64,000 bases of DNA from the human T2T-CHM13v2.0 reference genome, Homo sapiens: the NCBI RefSeq assembly GCF_009914755.1, contig NC_060933.1; one strand, written 5' to 3'. The position numbers were made by a program, and so were the translations under genes. Shown here piece by piece: positions 13,801 through 29,400 of this stretch (within the stretch, counting starts at the first letter, position 1; each line of letters begins with the position of its first letter). The notes beneath the pieces were generated by a model. The model was not told the origin of the DNA, did no database searches, and saw only the letters and a list, made by a program, of their open reading frames with translations.

Positions 13801-16800
13801 CCATTCCATTCCATTCCATTCCATTCCATTCCATTCCGTTCCATTCCGTTCCATTCCATTCCATTCCATTCTATTCGGGTTAATCCCATTCCATTCCATT
13901 CCATTCCATTCTATTCCATTCCATTGCAATCGCTTTGAATCCATTGCATTTCATTCCATTCCATTCCATTCCATTACATTCCGGAAGATTGCAGTCCATT
14001 GCATTCCATTCCATGCCATTGCTCTGCACTCGCGTTGATTCCATGCCATTCCATTCCATTCCATTCCATTCCATTCCGTTCGGTTCCGTTCCATTCCATT
14101 CCATTCCATTCCATTCCATACCGTTCCGTTCCATTCCATTCCATTCCATTCTATTCGGGTTAATTCCATTCCATTCCATTCGATTGCAATCGTGTTGATT
14201 CCATTCCATTCCATTCCATTCCATTCCATTCCATTCCATTCCTTTCCATTCCATTCCATTCCGGATGATTCCATTCCATTACATTCCATTCCATTCCATT
14301 CCCCTGTACTCGGGTTGCTTCCATTCCATTGCATTCTAATCCATGCCCTTCCACTCGTGTTGATTCCATTCTTTCCATTCCATTCAAGTTGAATCCATTC
14401 CACTGTATTCCATTCCATTCGATTCCATTCGGTTGCACTCGGGTTGATTCCATTCCAATGCATTCCATTCCATTCCATTCCATTCCATTCCATTGCGTTC
14501 CATTCAATTCCATTACATTCGGATTGATTCTATTCAATTCCCTTACACTCCATTACATTCCATTCCATTCGGGTAGTTTCCGTTCCATTCCATTCCATTC
14601 CTTTCCATTCCATTGCACTCGGGTTGATTCCATTCCATTGCATTCCATTCCATTCCATTCCATTCCATTCTTTTCCATTCCATTCCATTACATTCGGATT
14701 GACTCTATTCAACTCCCTTACTCTCCATTACTTTCCATTCCATTCGGGTTGTTCCAATCCATTCCATTCCATTCCACTCCATTCCATTGCACTCGGGTTG
14801 ATTCCATTCCATTCCATTCCATTCCATTCCGGATGATTCCATTCCATTACATTCCATTCCATTCCATTCCCCTGCACTCGCGTTGATTCCATTCCATTGC
14901 ATTCTATTCCATTCCATTCCCTTCCTTTCCGTTCCATTCCATTCCATTCCATTCCATTCCATTCTATTCGGGTTAATTCCATTCCATTCCATTCGATTGC
15001 AATCGAGTTGATTCCATTCCATTGCATTCCATTCCATTCCATTCCATTCCTTTCCATTCCATTACGGATGATTCCATTCCATTGCATTCCATTCCATTCC
15101 ATTCCCCTGTACTCGGGTTGATTCCATTCCATTCCATTCCAATCCATGCCATTCCACTCGTGTTGATTCCATTCTTTCCATTCCATTCAAGTTGAATCCA
15201 TTCCATTGCATTCCATTCCATTCCATTCCCCTGCAGTCGGGTTGATTCCATTCCATTCCATTCCATTCCATTCCATTCCCCTGCAGTCGGGTTGATTCCA
15301 TTCCATTCCATTCCATTCCATTCCATTCCGTTCCGTTCCGTTCCGTTCCATTCCATTCCATTCTATTCGGGTTAATTCCATTCCATTCCATTCCATTCCA
15401 TTCCAATCGAGTTGATTCCATTCCATTCCATTCCATTCCATTCCATTCCACTCCATTCCAGTCCTTTCCATTCCATTCCACTCGGGTTGATTCCAATGTA
15501 TTCCTTTCCATTCCGTTCCTTTCCATTGCAATCTAGTTGATTCCATTGCTTTGCATTCCATTCCATTCCATTCCATTCCGGATAATTCCATTCCATTGCA
15601 TTCCATTCCATTCCATTCCCCTGCACTCGGGTTGATTCCATTCCATTCCACTCCATTCCGTTCCATTCCATTCCATTCCATTGTATTCGGGTTAATTCCA
15701 TTCCATTCCATTCCATTCCATTCCATTGCATTACAATCGAGTTGATTCCATTCCATTCCATTCCATTGCAGTCCTTTCCATTCCATTCCACTCGGGTTGA
15801 TTCCATTCTATTAGTTTCCATTCCATTCCATTCCCTTCCATTCCACTCTGGTTGATTCCATTCCTTTCCATTCCACTCCAATACATTCCCTCCTATTCCA
15901 CTCGGAACGATTCCATTCCATTCCATTCCATTCCATTCCATTCCATTCCATTCCATTCCATTTCGTTCCATTCCATTCTATTCCGTATCATTCCATGCCA
16001 TTCCGTTCCATTCCATTCCATTCCATTCCACTCGTGTTGATTCCATTCCTTTCCATTCCATTCGGTTTGAAGGCATTCCATTCCATTCCATTCCATTCCA
16101 TTCCATTGTACTCGGGTTGATTCCATTCCATTGCATTCCATTCTATTCCATTCCATTCCATTCCGTTGCATTCCATTCCATTACATTTGGATTGATTCTA
16201 TTCAACTCCCTTACTCTCCATTCCATTCCATTCCATTCGGGTTTTTCCATTCCATTCCATTCCATTCCACTCCATTCCATTGCACTCGGGTTGATTCCAT
16301 TCCATTCCATTCCATTCCATTGCATTCCATTCCATTCCGGATGATTCCATTCCATTGCATTCCGTTCCATTACATTCCCCTGCACTCGCGTTGATTCCAT
16401 TCCATTCCATTCCATTACATTCCATTCCATTCCATTACAATTCGTTCCATTCCATTCTATTCCGTACCATTGCATTCCATTCCATACCATTCCATTCCAT
16501 TCCATTCCATTCCGTTCCATTCCGTTCCATTCCGTTCCATTCCGTTCCATTCCATTCCATTCCATTCTATTCAGGTTAATTCCATTCCATTCCATTCCAT
16601 TCCATTCTATTCCATTCCATTGCAATCGAGTTGAATCCATTGCATTTCATTCCATTCCATTCCATTCCATTCCATTCCGGAAGATTCCATTCCATTGCAT
16701 TCCATTCTATTCCATTACCCTGCACTCGCGTTGATTCCATTCCATTCCATTCCATTCCATTCCATTCCATTCCATTCCATTCCATTCCGTTCCGTTCCGT

Positions 16801-19800
16801 TTCGTTCCATTCCATTCCATTCCATTCCGTTCCGTTCCATTCCATTCCATTCCATTCTATTCGGCTTAATTCCATTCCATTCCATTCGATTGCAATCGTG
16901 TAGATTCCATTCCATTCCATTCCATTCCATTCCATTCCATTCCATTCCTTTCCATTCCATTACGGATGATTCCATTCCATTGCATTCCATTCCATTCCAT
17001 TCCCCTGTACTCAGGTTGATTCCAATCCATTGCATAGCAATCCATGCCCTTCCACTCGTGTTGATTCCATTCTTTCCATTCCATTCAAGTTGAATCCATT
17101 CCATAGCATTCCATTGCATTCGATTCCATTCGATTGCACTCGAGTTGATTCCATTCCATTGCATTCCATTCGATTCCATTCCATTCCATTCCATTCCATT
17201 CCATTCCATTCCGTTCCATTCCATTCCATTCCATTCCATTGCATTCCATTCCATTCCATTCCGGATGATTCCATTCCATTGCATTCCATTCCATTCCATT
17301 CCCCTGCACTCGGGTTGATTCCATTCCATTCCACTCCATTCCGTTCCATTCCATTCCATTCCATTGTATTCGGGTTAATTCCATTCCATTCCATTCCATT
17401 CCATTCCATTCCATTCCATTACAATCGAGTTGACTGCATTCCATTTCATTCCATTCCATTTCATTCCAGTCCTTTCCATTCCATTCCACTCGGGTTGATT
17501 GCATTCTATTAGTTTCCATTCCATTCCATTCCCTTCCATTCCACTCTGGTTGATTCCATTCCTTTCCATTCCACTCGAATACATTCCCTCCTATTCCACT
17601 CGGAACGATTCCATTCCATTCCATTCCATTCCATTCCATTCCATTCCATTCCATTCCATTCCATTCCATTTCGTTCCATTCCATTCTATTCCGTATCATT
17701 CCATTCCATTCCATTCCATTCCATTCCATTCCATTCCACTCGTGTTGATTCCATTCCTTTCCATTCCATTCGGTTTGAAGGCATTCCATTCCATTCCATT
17801 CCATTCCATTGCATTCCATTCCATTCCATTGTACTCGGGTTGATTCCATTCCATTGCATTCCATTCCATTCCATTCCATTCCATTCCGTTCCATTCCATT
17901 CTATTACATTCGGATTGATACTATTCAATTCCCTTACACTCCATTACAATCCATTCCATTCGGGTAGTTTCCATTCCATTCCATTCCATTCCTCTCCATT
18001 CCATTGCACTCGGTTTGATTCCATTCCATTGCATTCCATTCCATTCCATTCCATTCCATTCCGTTGCATTCCATTCCATTACATTCGGATTGATTCTATT
18101 CAACTCCCTTACTCTCCATTGCATTCCATTCCATTCGGGTTGTTCCATTCCATTCCATTCCATTCCACTCCATTCCATTGCACTCGGGTTGATTCCATTC
18201 CATTCCATTCCATTCCGGATGATTCCATTCCATTGCATTCCGTTCCATTACATTCCCCTGCACTGGCGTTGATTCCATTCCATTCCATTCAATTCCATTC
18301 CATTACAATTCGTTGCATTCCATTCTATTCCGTACCATTCCATTCCATTCCATACCATTCCATTCCATTCCATTCCGTTCCATTCCGTTCCATTCCGTTC
18401 CATTCCATTCCATTCCATTCTATTCCATTACATTGCAATCGAGTTGAATCCATTGAATTTCATTCCATTCCATTCCATTCCATTCCATTCCGGAAGATTG
18501 CATTCCATTGCATTCCATTCCATTCCATTCCCCTGCACTCGTGTTGATTCCATTCCATTCCATTCCATTCCACTCCATTCCATTCCGTTCCATTCCATTC
18601 CATTCCATTCCATTCCATTCCGTTCCGTTCCGTTCCATTCCATTCCATTCCATTGTATTCGGGTTAATTCCATTCCATTCCATTCGATTGCAATCGAGTT
18701 GATTCCATTCCATTCCATTCCATTCCATTCCATTCCATTCCTTTCCATTCCATTACGGATGATTCCATTCCATTGCATTCCATTCCATTCCATTCCATTC
18801 CATTCCATTCCATTGTACTCTTTTTGATTCCATTTCATTGCATTCCATTCCATTCCATTCCATTCCATTCCATTCCATTCCATTCCATTCCATACCGTTG
18901 CATTCCATTCCATTACATTCGGATTGATTCTATTCAACTCCCTTACTCTCCATTACATTCGATTCCATTCGGGTTGTTCCATTCCATTCCATTCCATTCC
19001 ACTCCATTCCATTGCACTCGGGTTTATTCCATTCCATTCCATTCCTTTCCGGAATATTCCATTCCATTGCATTCCATTACATTCCATTCCCCTGCACTCG
19101 CGTTGATTCCATTCCATTCCATTCCATTCCATTCCATTCCATTCCATTCCTTTCCGTTCCATTCCATTCCATTCCGTTCCATTCCATTCCATTCCGTTCC
19201 GTTCCGTTCCGTTCCATTCCATTCCATTCTATTCGGGTTAATTCCATTCCATTCCATTCGATTGCAATCGAGTTGATTCCATTCCATTCCATTCCATTCC
19301 TTTCCATTCCATTACGGATGATTCCATTCCATTGCATTCCATTCCATTCCATTCCCCTGTACTCGGGTTGATTCCATTCCATTCCATTCCAATCCATGGC
19401 ATTCCACTCGTGTTGATTCCATTCTTTCCATTCCATTCAAGTTGAATCCATTCCATTGCATTCCATTCCATTCGATTCCATTCGATTGCAGTCAGGTTGA
19501 TTCCATTCCATTGCATTCCATTCCATTCCATTTCATTCCATTCCATTCCTTTCCATTCCATTCCATTCCATTCCATTCCATTGCAATCGAGTTGATTCCA
19601 TTCCATTCCTTTCCATTCCATTCCATTGCCTTGCATTCCACTCGGGTTGATTCCATTCCCTTCTTTCCACTCCATTACATTCCCTTCCATTCCACTCGGA
19701 ATGATTGATTCCATTCCATTCCATTCCATTTCATTCCATTGCAATCCATTCCAATCCATTCCATTCCATTCCATTCAACTCGAGTAGATTTCATTCCATT

Positions 19801-20130
19801 CCTTTCTATTCCATTCCATTCCTTTCCACTCGAGTTGATTCCATTCCATTCCATTCCATTGCATTCCATTCCATGCCATTCGACTCGGGTTGATTCCATT
19901 CCATTCCATTCCATTCCATTCCATTCCATTCCATTCCATTGCATTCGATTCCATTCCTTTCCCCTGCACTCGGGTTGATTCCATTCCATTCCATTCCATT
20001 TAATCCCATTCCATTCCATTCCATTCCATTCCAATCCGTTCCATTCCATTCCATTCCATTCCATTGCAATCGACTTGATTCCATTCCATTCCATTCCATT
20101 CCATTCCATTCCATTCCATTCCATTCCATT

Positions 20131-20400
20131 CCATTTTGTTCCAATCCATTCTATTCCAAACCATTCCATTCCATTCCATTCCATTCCATTCCATTCCATT
20201 CCATTCGATGCCATTCCACTCAGGTTGATTCCATTCCTTTCCATTCCATTCCATTCCATTCCATTCCATTTTGTTCCAATCCATTCTATTCCAAACCATT
20301 CCATTCCATTCCATTCCATTCCATTCCATTCCATTCCATTCCATTCCATTCCATTCCATGCCATTCCACTCGGGTTGATTCCATTCCTTTCCATTCCATT
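20131..20400 (+). repeat. Local 135-150 bp tandem duplication of a window-unique word
   Basis: TTTTGTTCCAATCCATTCTATTCCAAACC occurs at ~20134 and ~20269, each followed by ATGCCATTCCACTC(A/G)GGTTGATTCCATTCCTTT. Confidence 0.88.
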
Positions 20401-23400
20401 CGGGTTGAATCCATTCCACTCCATTCCATTCCATTCCAATCCATTCCATTGCACTCGGGTTGATTCCATTCCATTCCATTCCATTCGATTCCATTCCATT
20501 CCATTCCATTCCGTTCCATTCCATTTCATTACATTCAGATTGATTCTATTCAATTCCCTTACACTCCATTATATTCCAATCCATTCTGGTTTTTTCCATT
20601 CCATTCCATTCCGTTTCACTCCATTCCATTGCACTCGGTTTGATTCCATTCCATTCCATTCCATTCCATTCCGGATGATTCCATTCCATTGCATTCCATT
20701 CCATTCCATTCCCCTGCACTCGGGTTGATTCCATTCCATTCCATTCCACTCCATTCGGTTCCGTTCCATTCCATTCTACTGCATTCCATTCTATTCCGGT
20801 TAATTCCATTCCATTCTATTCCATTCCATTCCATTCCATTGCAATGGAGTTGATTCCATTCCATTCCATTCCATTCCGGATGATTCCATTCCATTGCATT
20901 CTATTCCATTCCATTCCCCTTCACTCGTGTTGATTCCATTCCCTTCCATTCCATTCCATTCCGTTCCATTCCTTTGCATTCCATTCTATTCCGGTTAATT
21001 CAATTCCATTCCATTCCATTCCATTCCATTCCATTCCATTCCATTGCAATCCAGTTGATTCCATTCCATTCCTTTCCATTCCGTTCCATAGCCTTGCATT
21101 CCACTCGGGTTGATTCCATTCCCTTCTTTCCACTCCATTACATTCCCTTCCATTCCACTCGGAATGATTGATTCCATTCCATTCCATTCCAATCCATTCC
21201 ATTGCATTCCATTCCTTTCAATTGCATTACGGATGATTCCATTCCATTGCATTCCATTCCATTCCATTCCCCTGTACTCGGGTTGATTCCATTCCATTCC
21301 ATTCCAATCCATGCCATTCCACTCGTGTTGATTCCATTCTTTCCATTCCATTCAAGTTGAATCCATTCCATTGCATTCCATTCCATTGGATTCCATTCGA
21401 TTGCACTCGGGTTGATTCCATTCCATTGCATTCCATTCCATTCCATTCCATTCCATTCCATTCCATTCTATTCCGTTCCATTCCATTCCATTACATTCGG
21501 ATTGATTCTATTCAATTCCCTTACACTCCCTTACATTCCATTCCATTCGAGTAGTTTCCATTCCATTCCATTCCATTCCTCTGCATTCCATTGCACTCGG
21601 GTTGATTCCATTCCATTGCATTCCATTCCATTCCATTCCATTCCATTCCGTTCCATTCCATTCCATTACATTCGGATTGATTCTATTCAACTCCCTTACT
21701 CTCCATTCCATTCCATTCCATTCGGGTTGTTCCATTCCATTCCATTCCTCTCCATTCCATTGCACTCGGGTTTATTCCATTCCATTCCATTCCATTCCGG
21801 AAGATTCCATTCCATTGCATTCCATTCCATTCCATTCCATTCCCCTGCACTCGCGTTGATTCCATTCCATTCCATTCCATTCCATTCCATTCCATTCCAT
21901 TCCAGTCCATTCCTTTCCGTTCCATTCCATTCCATTCCATTCCATTCCATTCCGTTCCGTTCCGTTCCATTCCATTGCATTCCATTCTATTCGGGTTAAT
22001 TCCATTCCATTCCATTCCATTGCAATCGAGTTGATTCCATTCCATTCCATTCCATTCCTTTCCATTCCATTACGGATGATTCCATTCCATTGCATTCCAT
22101 TCCATTCCATTCCCCTGTACTCGGGTTGATTCCGTTACATTCCATTCCATTCCAATCCATGCCATTCCACTCGTGTTGATTCCATTCTTTCCATTCCATT
22201 CTAGTTGAATCCATTCCATTGCATTTTATTCCATTCCATTCCCCTGCAGTCGGGTTGATTCCATTCCATTCCATTCCATTCCATTCCATTCCATTCCATT
22301 CCATTCCGTTCCGTTCCATTTAATTCCATTCCATTCTATTCGGGTTAATTCCATTCCATTCCATTCCATTCCATTGCACTCGGGTTGATTCCATTCCATT
22401 CCATTCCATTCCATTCCATTCCATTCCATTCCGGATGATTCCATTCCATTACATTCCATTCCATTACATTCCCCTGCACTCGGGTTGATTGCATTCCATT
22501 CCATTCCGTTCCATTCCATTCCATTCCATTCCATTCCAATTCTGTCCATTCCATTCTATTCCGTACCATTGCATTCCATTCCATACAATTCCATTGCATT
22601 CCATTCCATTCCGTTCCGTTCCGTTCCGTTCCGTTCCATTCCATTCCATTCCATTCTATTCCGGTTAATTCCATCCCATTGCATTCCATTCCATTCTATT
22701 CCATTCCATTGCAATCGAGTTGAATCCATTGCATTCCATTCCATTCCATTCCATTCCGGAAGATTCCATTCCATTGCATTCCATTCCATTCCATTCCCCT
22801 GCACTCGCGTTGATTCCATTCCATTCCATTCCATTCCATTCCATTCCATTCCGTTCTTTTCCGTTCCATTCCATTCCATTCCATTACATTCCATTCCATT
22901 CCGTTCCGTTCCGTTCCGTTCCATTCCATTCCATTCCATTCTATTCGGGTTAATTCCATTCCATTCCATTCGATTGCAATCGAATTGATTCCATTCCATT
23001 CCATTCCATTCCATTCCATTCCATTCCATTGCATTCCTTTCCATTACATTACGGATGATTCCATTCCATTGCATTCCATTCCATTCCATTCCCCTGTACT
23101 CGAGTTGATTACATTCCTTTCCATTCCATTCCATGCCATTCCACTCGTGTTAATTCCATTATTTCCATTCCATTCAAGTTGAATCCATTCCATTGCATTC
23201 CATTCCATTCGATTCCATTCGATTGCACTCGGGTTGATTACATTCCATTGCATTCCATTCCGTTCCGTTCCATTCCATTACATTCGGATTGATTCTATTC
23301 AATTCCCTTACACTCCATTACATTCCATTCCATTCGGGTAGTTTCCATTCCATTCCATTCCATTCCTCTCCATTCCATTGCACTCGGGTTGATTCCATTC

Positions 23401-26400
23401 CATTCCATTCCATTCCATTCCATTCCATTCCAGATGATTCCATTCCATTGAATTCCATTCCATTCCATTCCCGTGCACTTGGGTTGATTCCATTCCATTC
23501 CATTCCATTCCTTTACGTTCCATTCCATTCCATTCAAATCCATTCCATTCTATTCGTGTTAATTCCATTCCATTCTATTCCATTCCATTCCATTGAAATC
23601 GAGTTGATTCCATTCCATTCCATTCCATTCCATTCCATTCCATTTCGTTCAATTCCATTCTATACCGTACCATTCCATTCTATTCCGTACCATTCCATTC
23701 CATTCCATTCCATTCCATTCCGTTCCATTCCAATCGTGTTGATTCCATTCCTTTCCCTTCCATTCGGTTTGAAGCCATTCCATTCCATTCAATTCCACTC
23801 CATTCCATTCCATTCCATTCCATTCCATTCCATTCCATTCCATTCCATTGTACTCGGGTTGCTTCCATTCCATTGCATTCCATTCCATTCCATTCCATTC
23901 CATTCCGTTCCATTCCATTCCATTACTTTCGGATTGATTCTATTCAACTCCCTTACTCTCCATTACATTCCATTCCATTCGGGTTGTTCCATTCCATTCC
24001 ATTCCATTCCACTCCATTCCATTGCACTCGGGTTGATTCCATTCCATTCCATTCCATTCCATACCATTCCATTCCATTCCATTCCATTCCATTCCGTTCC
24101 GTTCCATTCCGTTCCATTCCATTCCATTCTATTCGGGTTAATTCCATTCCATTCCATTCCATTCCATTCCATTCTATTCCGTTCCATTGCAAACGAGTTG
24201 AATCCATTGCATTCCATTCCATTCCGGAAGATTCCATTCCATTGCATTCCATTCCATTCCATTCCCCTGCACTCGCGTTGATTCCATTCCATTCCATTCC
24301 ATTCCATTCTGTTCCGTTCGGTTCCATTCCATTCCATTCCATTCCATTCCATTCCGTTCCGTTCCATTCCATTCCATTCCATTCTTTTCGGGTTAATTCC
24401 ATTCCATTCTATTCGATTGCAATCGAGTTGATTCCATTCCATTCCATTCCATTCCATTCCATTCCATTCCTTTCCATTCCATTCATTTCCATTCCATTAC
24501 GGATGATTCCATTCCATTGCATTGCATTCCATTCCATTCCCCTGTACTCGGGTTGATTCCATTCCATTCCATTCCAATCAATGCCATTCCACTCGTGTTG
24601 ATTCCATTCTTTCCATTCCATTCAAGTTGAATCCATTCCATTGCATTCCATTCCATTCGATTCCATTCGATTGCACTCGGCATGATTCCATTCCATTGCA
24701 TTCCATTCCATTCCATTCCATTCCGTTCCATTCCATTCCATTACATTCGGATTGATTCTTTTCAACTCCCTTACTCTCCATTACATTCCATTCCATTCGG
24801 GTTGTTCCATTCCATTCCATTCCATTCCACTCCATTCCATTGTACTCGGGTTGATTCCATTCCATTCCATTCCATTCCATTCCGGATGATTCCATTCCAT
24901 TGCATTCAGTTCCATTACATTCCCCTGAACTCGGGTTGATTCCATTCCATTCCATTCCATTAAATTCGATTCCATTCCATTCCCCTGCACTCGCGTTGAT
25001 TCCATTCCATTCCATTCCATTCCATTCCATTCCATTCCTTTCCGTTCCATTCCATTCCATTCCATTCCATTCCTTTCCGTTCCGTTCCGTTCCATTCCAT
25101 TCCATTCCATTCTATTCTGGTTAATTCCATTCCATTCCATTCGATTGCAATCGAGTTGATTCCATTCCATTCCATTCCATTCCATTCCATTGCATTCCAT
25201 TCCATTCCTTTCCCCTGCACTCGGGTTGATTCCATTCCATTCCATTACATTACATTCCGTTCCATTCCATTCCATTCCATTCGGATTGATTCTATTCAAT
25301 TCCCTTACACTCCATTACATTCCATTCCATTCGGGTAGTTTCCATTCCTTTCCATTCCATTCCTCTCTATTCCATTGCACTCGGGTTGATTCCATTCCAT
25401 TCCATTCCATTCCATTCCATTCCATTCCATTCCATTCCATTGTACTCGGGTTGATTCCATTCCATTGCATTCCATTCCATTCCATTCCGTTCCATTCCAT
25501 TCCTTTACATTCGGATTTATTCGATTCAACTCCCTTACTCTCCATTACATTCCATTCCATTCGGGTTGTTCCATTCCATTCCATTCCATTCCACTCCTTT
25601 CCATTGCACTCGGGTTGATTCCATTCCATTCCATTCCATTCCATTCCATTCCATTCCATTCCGGATGATTCCATTCCATTGCATTCCGTTCCATTACATT
25701 CTCCTGCACTCGGGTTGATTCCATTCCATTCCTTTCCATTCCATTCGATTCCATTCCATTCCAATTCTTTCCATTCCATTCTATTCCGTACCATTCCATT
25801 CCATTCCATACAATTCCATTCCATTCCATTCCACTCCGTTCCGTTCCGTTCCGTTCCGTTCCGTTCCATTCCATTCCATTCCATTCTATTCGGGTTAATT
25901 CCATTCCATTCCATTCCATTCAATTCCATTCTATTCCATTCCATTGCAATCGAGTTGAATCCATTGCATTTCATTCCGTTCCATTCCATTCCATTCCATT
26001 CCGGAAGATTCCATTCCATTGTAATCCATTCCATTCCATTCCCCTGCACTCGCGTTGATTCCATTCCATTCCATTCCATTCCATTCCATTCCATTCCATT
26101 CCATTCCGTTCCGTTCCATTCCGTTCCATTCCATTCCATTCCATTCCGTTCCGTTCCCTTCCCTTCTATTCCATTCCATTCTATTCGGGTTATTTCCATT
26201 CTATTCCATTCGATTGCAATCGAGTTGATTCCATTCCATTCCATTCCATTCCATTCCATTCCATTCCATTCCTTTCCATTACATTACGGATGATTCCGTT
26301 CCATTGCATTCCATTCCATTCCATTCCCCTGTACTCGGGTTGATTCCATTCCATTCCATTCCATTCCATGCCATTCCACTCGTGTTGATTCCATTCTTTC

Positions 26401-29400
26401 CATTCCATTCAAGTTGAATCCATTCCATTGCATTCCATTCCATTCGATTCCATTCGATTGCACTCGGGTTGATTCCATTCCATTGCATTCCGTTCCATTC
26501 CATTCCATTCCATTCCATTCCGTTACATTCCATTCCAATACATTCGGATTGATTCTATTCAATTCCCTTACACTCCATTACATTCCATTCCATTCGGGTA
26601 GATTCCATTCCATTCCATTCCATTCCACTCCATTCCATTGCACTCGGGTTGATTCCATTCCATTCCATTCCATTCCATTCCATTCCATTCCATTCCATTC
26701 CATTCCATTCGAATCCATTCCTTTGCACTCGGGTTGATTCCATTCCATTCCATTTCATTCCATTCCATTCCATTACATTCGGATTGATTCTATTCAATTC
26801 CCTTACATTCCATTATATTCCATTCCATTCGTGATGTTTCCATTCCATTCCATTCCATTCCACTCCATTCCATTGCATCGGGTTGATTGCATTCCATTCC
26901 ATTCCATTCCATTCCGGATGATTCCATTCCATTGCATTCCATTCCATTCCATTCCGCTGCACTCTGGTTGATCACATTCCATTCCATTCCCTTCCATTCC
27001 TTTCCATTCCATTGCATTCCATTGCAATGGAGTTGATTCCATTCCATTCCATTCCATTCCATTCCATTCTTTTCCATTCCATTCCATTGCATTCCATTCC
27101 GGATGATTCCATTCCATTGCATTCCATTCCATTCTATTCAATTCCATTCCGTTCCATTCCATTCCATTACATTCGGATTGATTCTATTCAACTCCCTTAC
27201 CCTCCATTACATTCCATTCCATTCGGGTTGTTCCATTCCATTCCATTCCATTCCATTTCACTCCATTCCATTGCACTCGGGTTGATTCCATTGCATTCCA
27301 TTCCATTCCATTCCATTCCGGAAGATTCCATTCCATTGCATTCCATTCCATTCCATTGCCCTGCACTCGCGTTGATTCATTTCCATTCCATTCCATTCCA
27401 TTCCATTCCATTCCATTCCTTTCCGTTCCATTCCATTCAATTCCATTCCATTCCGTTCCGTTCCGTTCCGTTCCATTCCATTCCATTCCATTCCATTCCA
27501 TTCCGTTCCGTTCCGTTCCACTCCATGCCATTCCATTCCATTCTATTCGGGTTAATTCCATTCCATTCCATTCGATTGCAATCGAGTTGATTCCATTCCA
27601 TTCCATTCCATTCCATTCCATTCCATTCCATTCCATTCCACTCGTGTTTATTCCATTCCTTTCCATTCCATTCGGTTTGAAGCCATTCCATTCCATTGAA
27701 TTCCATTCCATTCCATTCCATTCCATTCCATTCCATTCCATTCCATTCCATTCCATTTCATTCCATTGTACTCGGGTTGATTCCATTCCATTGCATTCCA
27801 TTCCATTCCATTCAATTCCATTCCGTTCCAATCCATTCCATTACATTCGGATTGATTCTATTCAACTCCCTTACTGTCCATTCCATTCCATTCCATTCGG
27901 GTTGTTCCATTCCTTTCCATTGCATTCCACTCCATTCCATTGCACTCGGGTTGATTCCATTCCATTCCATTCCATTCCATTCCGGATGATTCCATTCCAT
28001 TCCGGATGATTCCATTCCATTGCATTCCGTTCTATTACATTCCCCTGCACTCGGGTTGATTCCATTCCATTCCATTCGATTCCATTCCATTCCAATTCGT
28101 TCCATTCCATTCTATTCCGTACCATTCCATTCCATTCCATAGCATTCCATTCCATTTCATTCCATTGCATTCGTTTCCGTTCCATTCCGTTCCATTCCAT
28201 TCCATTCAAATCTATTAGGGTTAATTCCATTCCATTCCATTCCATTCCATTCCATTCTATTCCATTCCATTGCAATCGAGTTGAATCCACTGCATTCCAT
28301 TCCATTCCATTCCATTGCATTCCATTCCATTCCGGAAGATTCCATTCCATTGCATTCCATTCCATTCCATTCCCCTGCACTCGCGTTGATTGCATTCCGT
28401 TCCATTCCATTCCATTCCATTCCATTCCGTTCTGTTCCGTTCCGTTCCATTCCATTCCATTCCGTACCATTCCACTCCATTCCATACAATTCCATTCCAT
28501 TCCATTCCATTCCATTCCATTCCATTCCGTTCCGTTCCGTTCCGTTCCGTTCCATTCCATTCCATTCCATTCTATTCCATTCCATTCCATTCCATTCCGT
28601 TCCGTTCCATTGCTTTCCATTCCATTCTATTCCATTCTATTCCATTCCATTGCAATCGAGTTGAATCCATTGCATTCCATTCCATTCCATTCCGGAAGAT
28701 TCCATTCCATTGCATTCCATTCCATTCCATTCCCGTGCACTCGCGTTGATTCCATTCCATTCCATTCCATTCCATTCCATTCCATTCCATTCCTTTCCTT
28801 TCCATTCCATTCCATTCCATTCCATTCCATTACATTCCGTTCCGTTCCATTCCTTTCCATTCCATTCTATTCGGGTTAATTCCATTCCATTCCATTCGAT
28901 TGCAATCGAGTTGATTCCATTCCATTCCATTCCATTCCATTCCATTCCATTCCATTCCATTCCTTTCCATTCCATTACGGATGATTCAATTCCATTGCAT
29001 TCCATTCCATTCCATTCCCTTGTACTCGGGTTGATTCCATTCCATTCCATTCCAATCCATGCCATTCCACTGGTGTTGATTCCATTCTTTCCATTCCATT
29101 CAATTTGAATCCATTCCATTGCATTCCATTCGATTCGATTCCATTCGATTGCCCTCGGGTTGATTCCATTCCATTGCATTCCATTCCATTGCATTCCATT
29201 CCATTCCATTCCATTCCATTCCGTTCCATTCCATTTCATTACATTCAGATTGATTCTATTCAATTCCCTTACACTCCATTATATTCCAATCCATTCTGGT
29301 TGTTTCCATTCCATTCCATTCCATTCCATTTCACTCCATTCCATTGCACTCGGGTTGATTCCATTCCATTCCATTCCATTGCATTCCATTACATTCCTTT

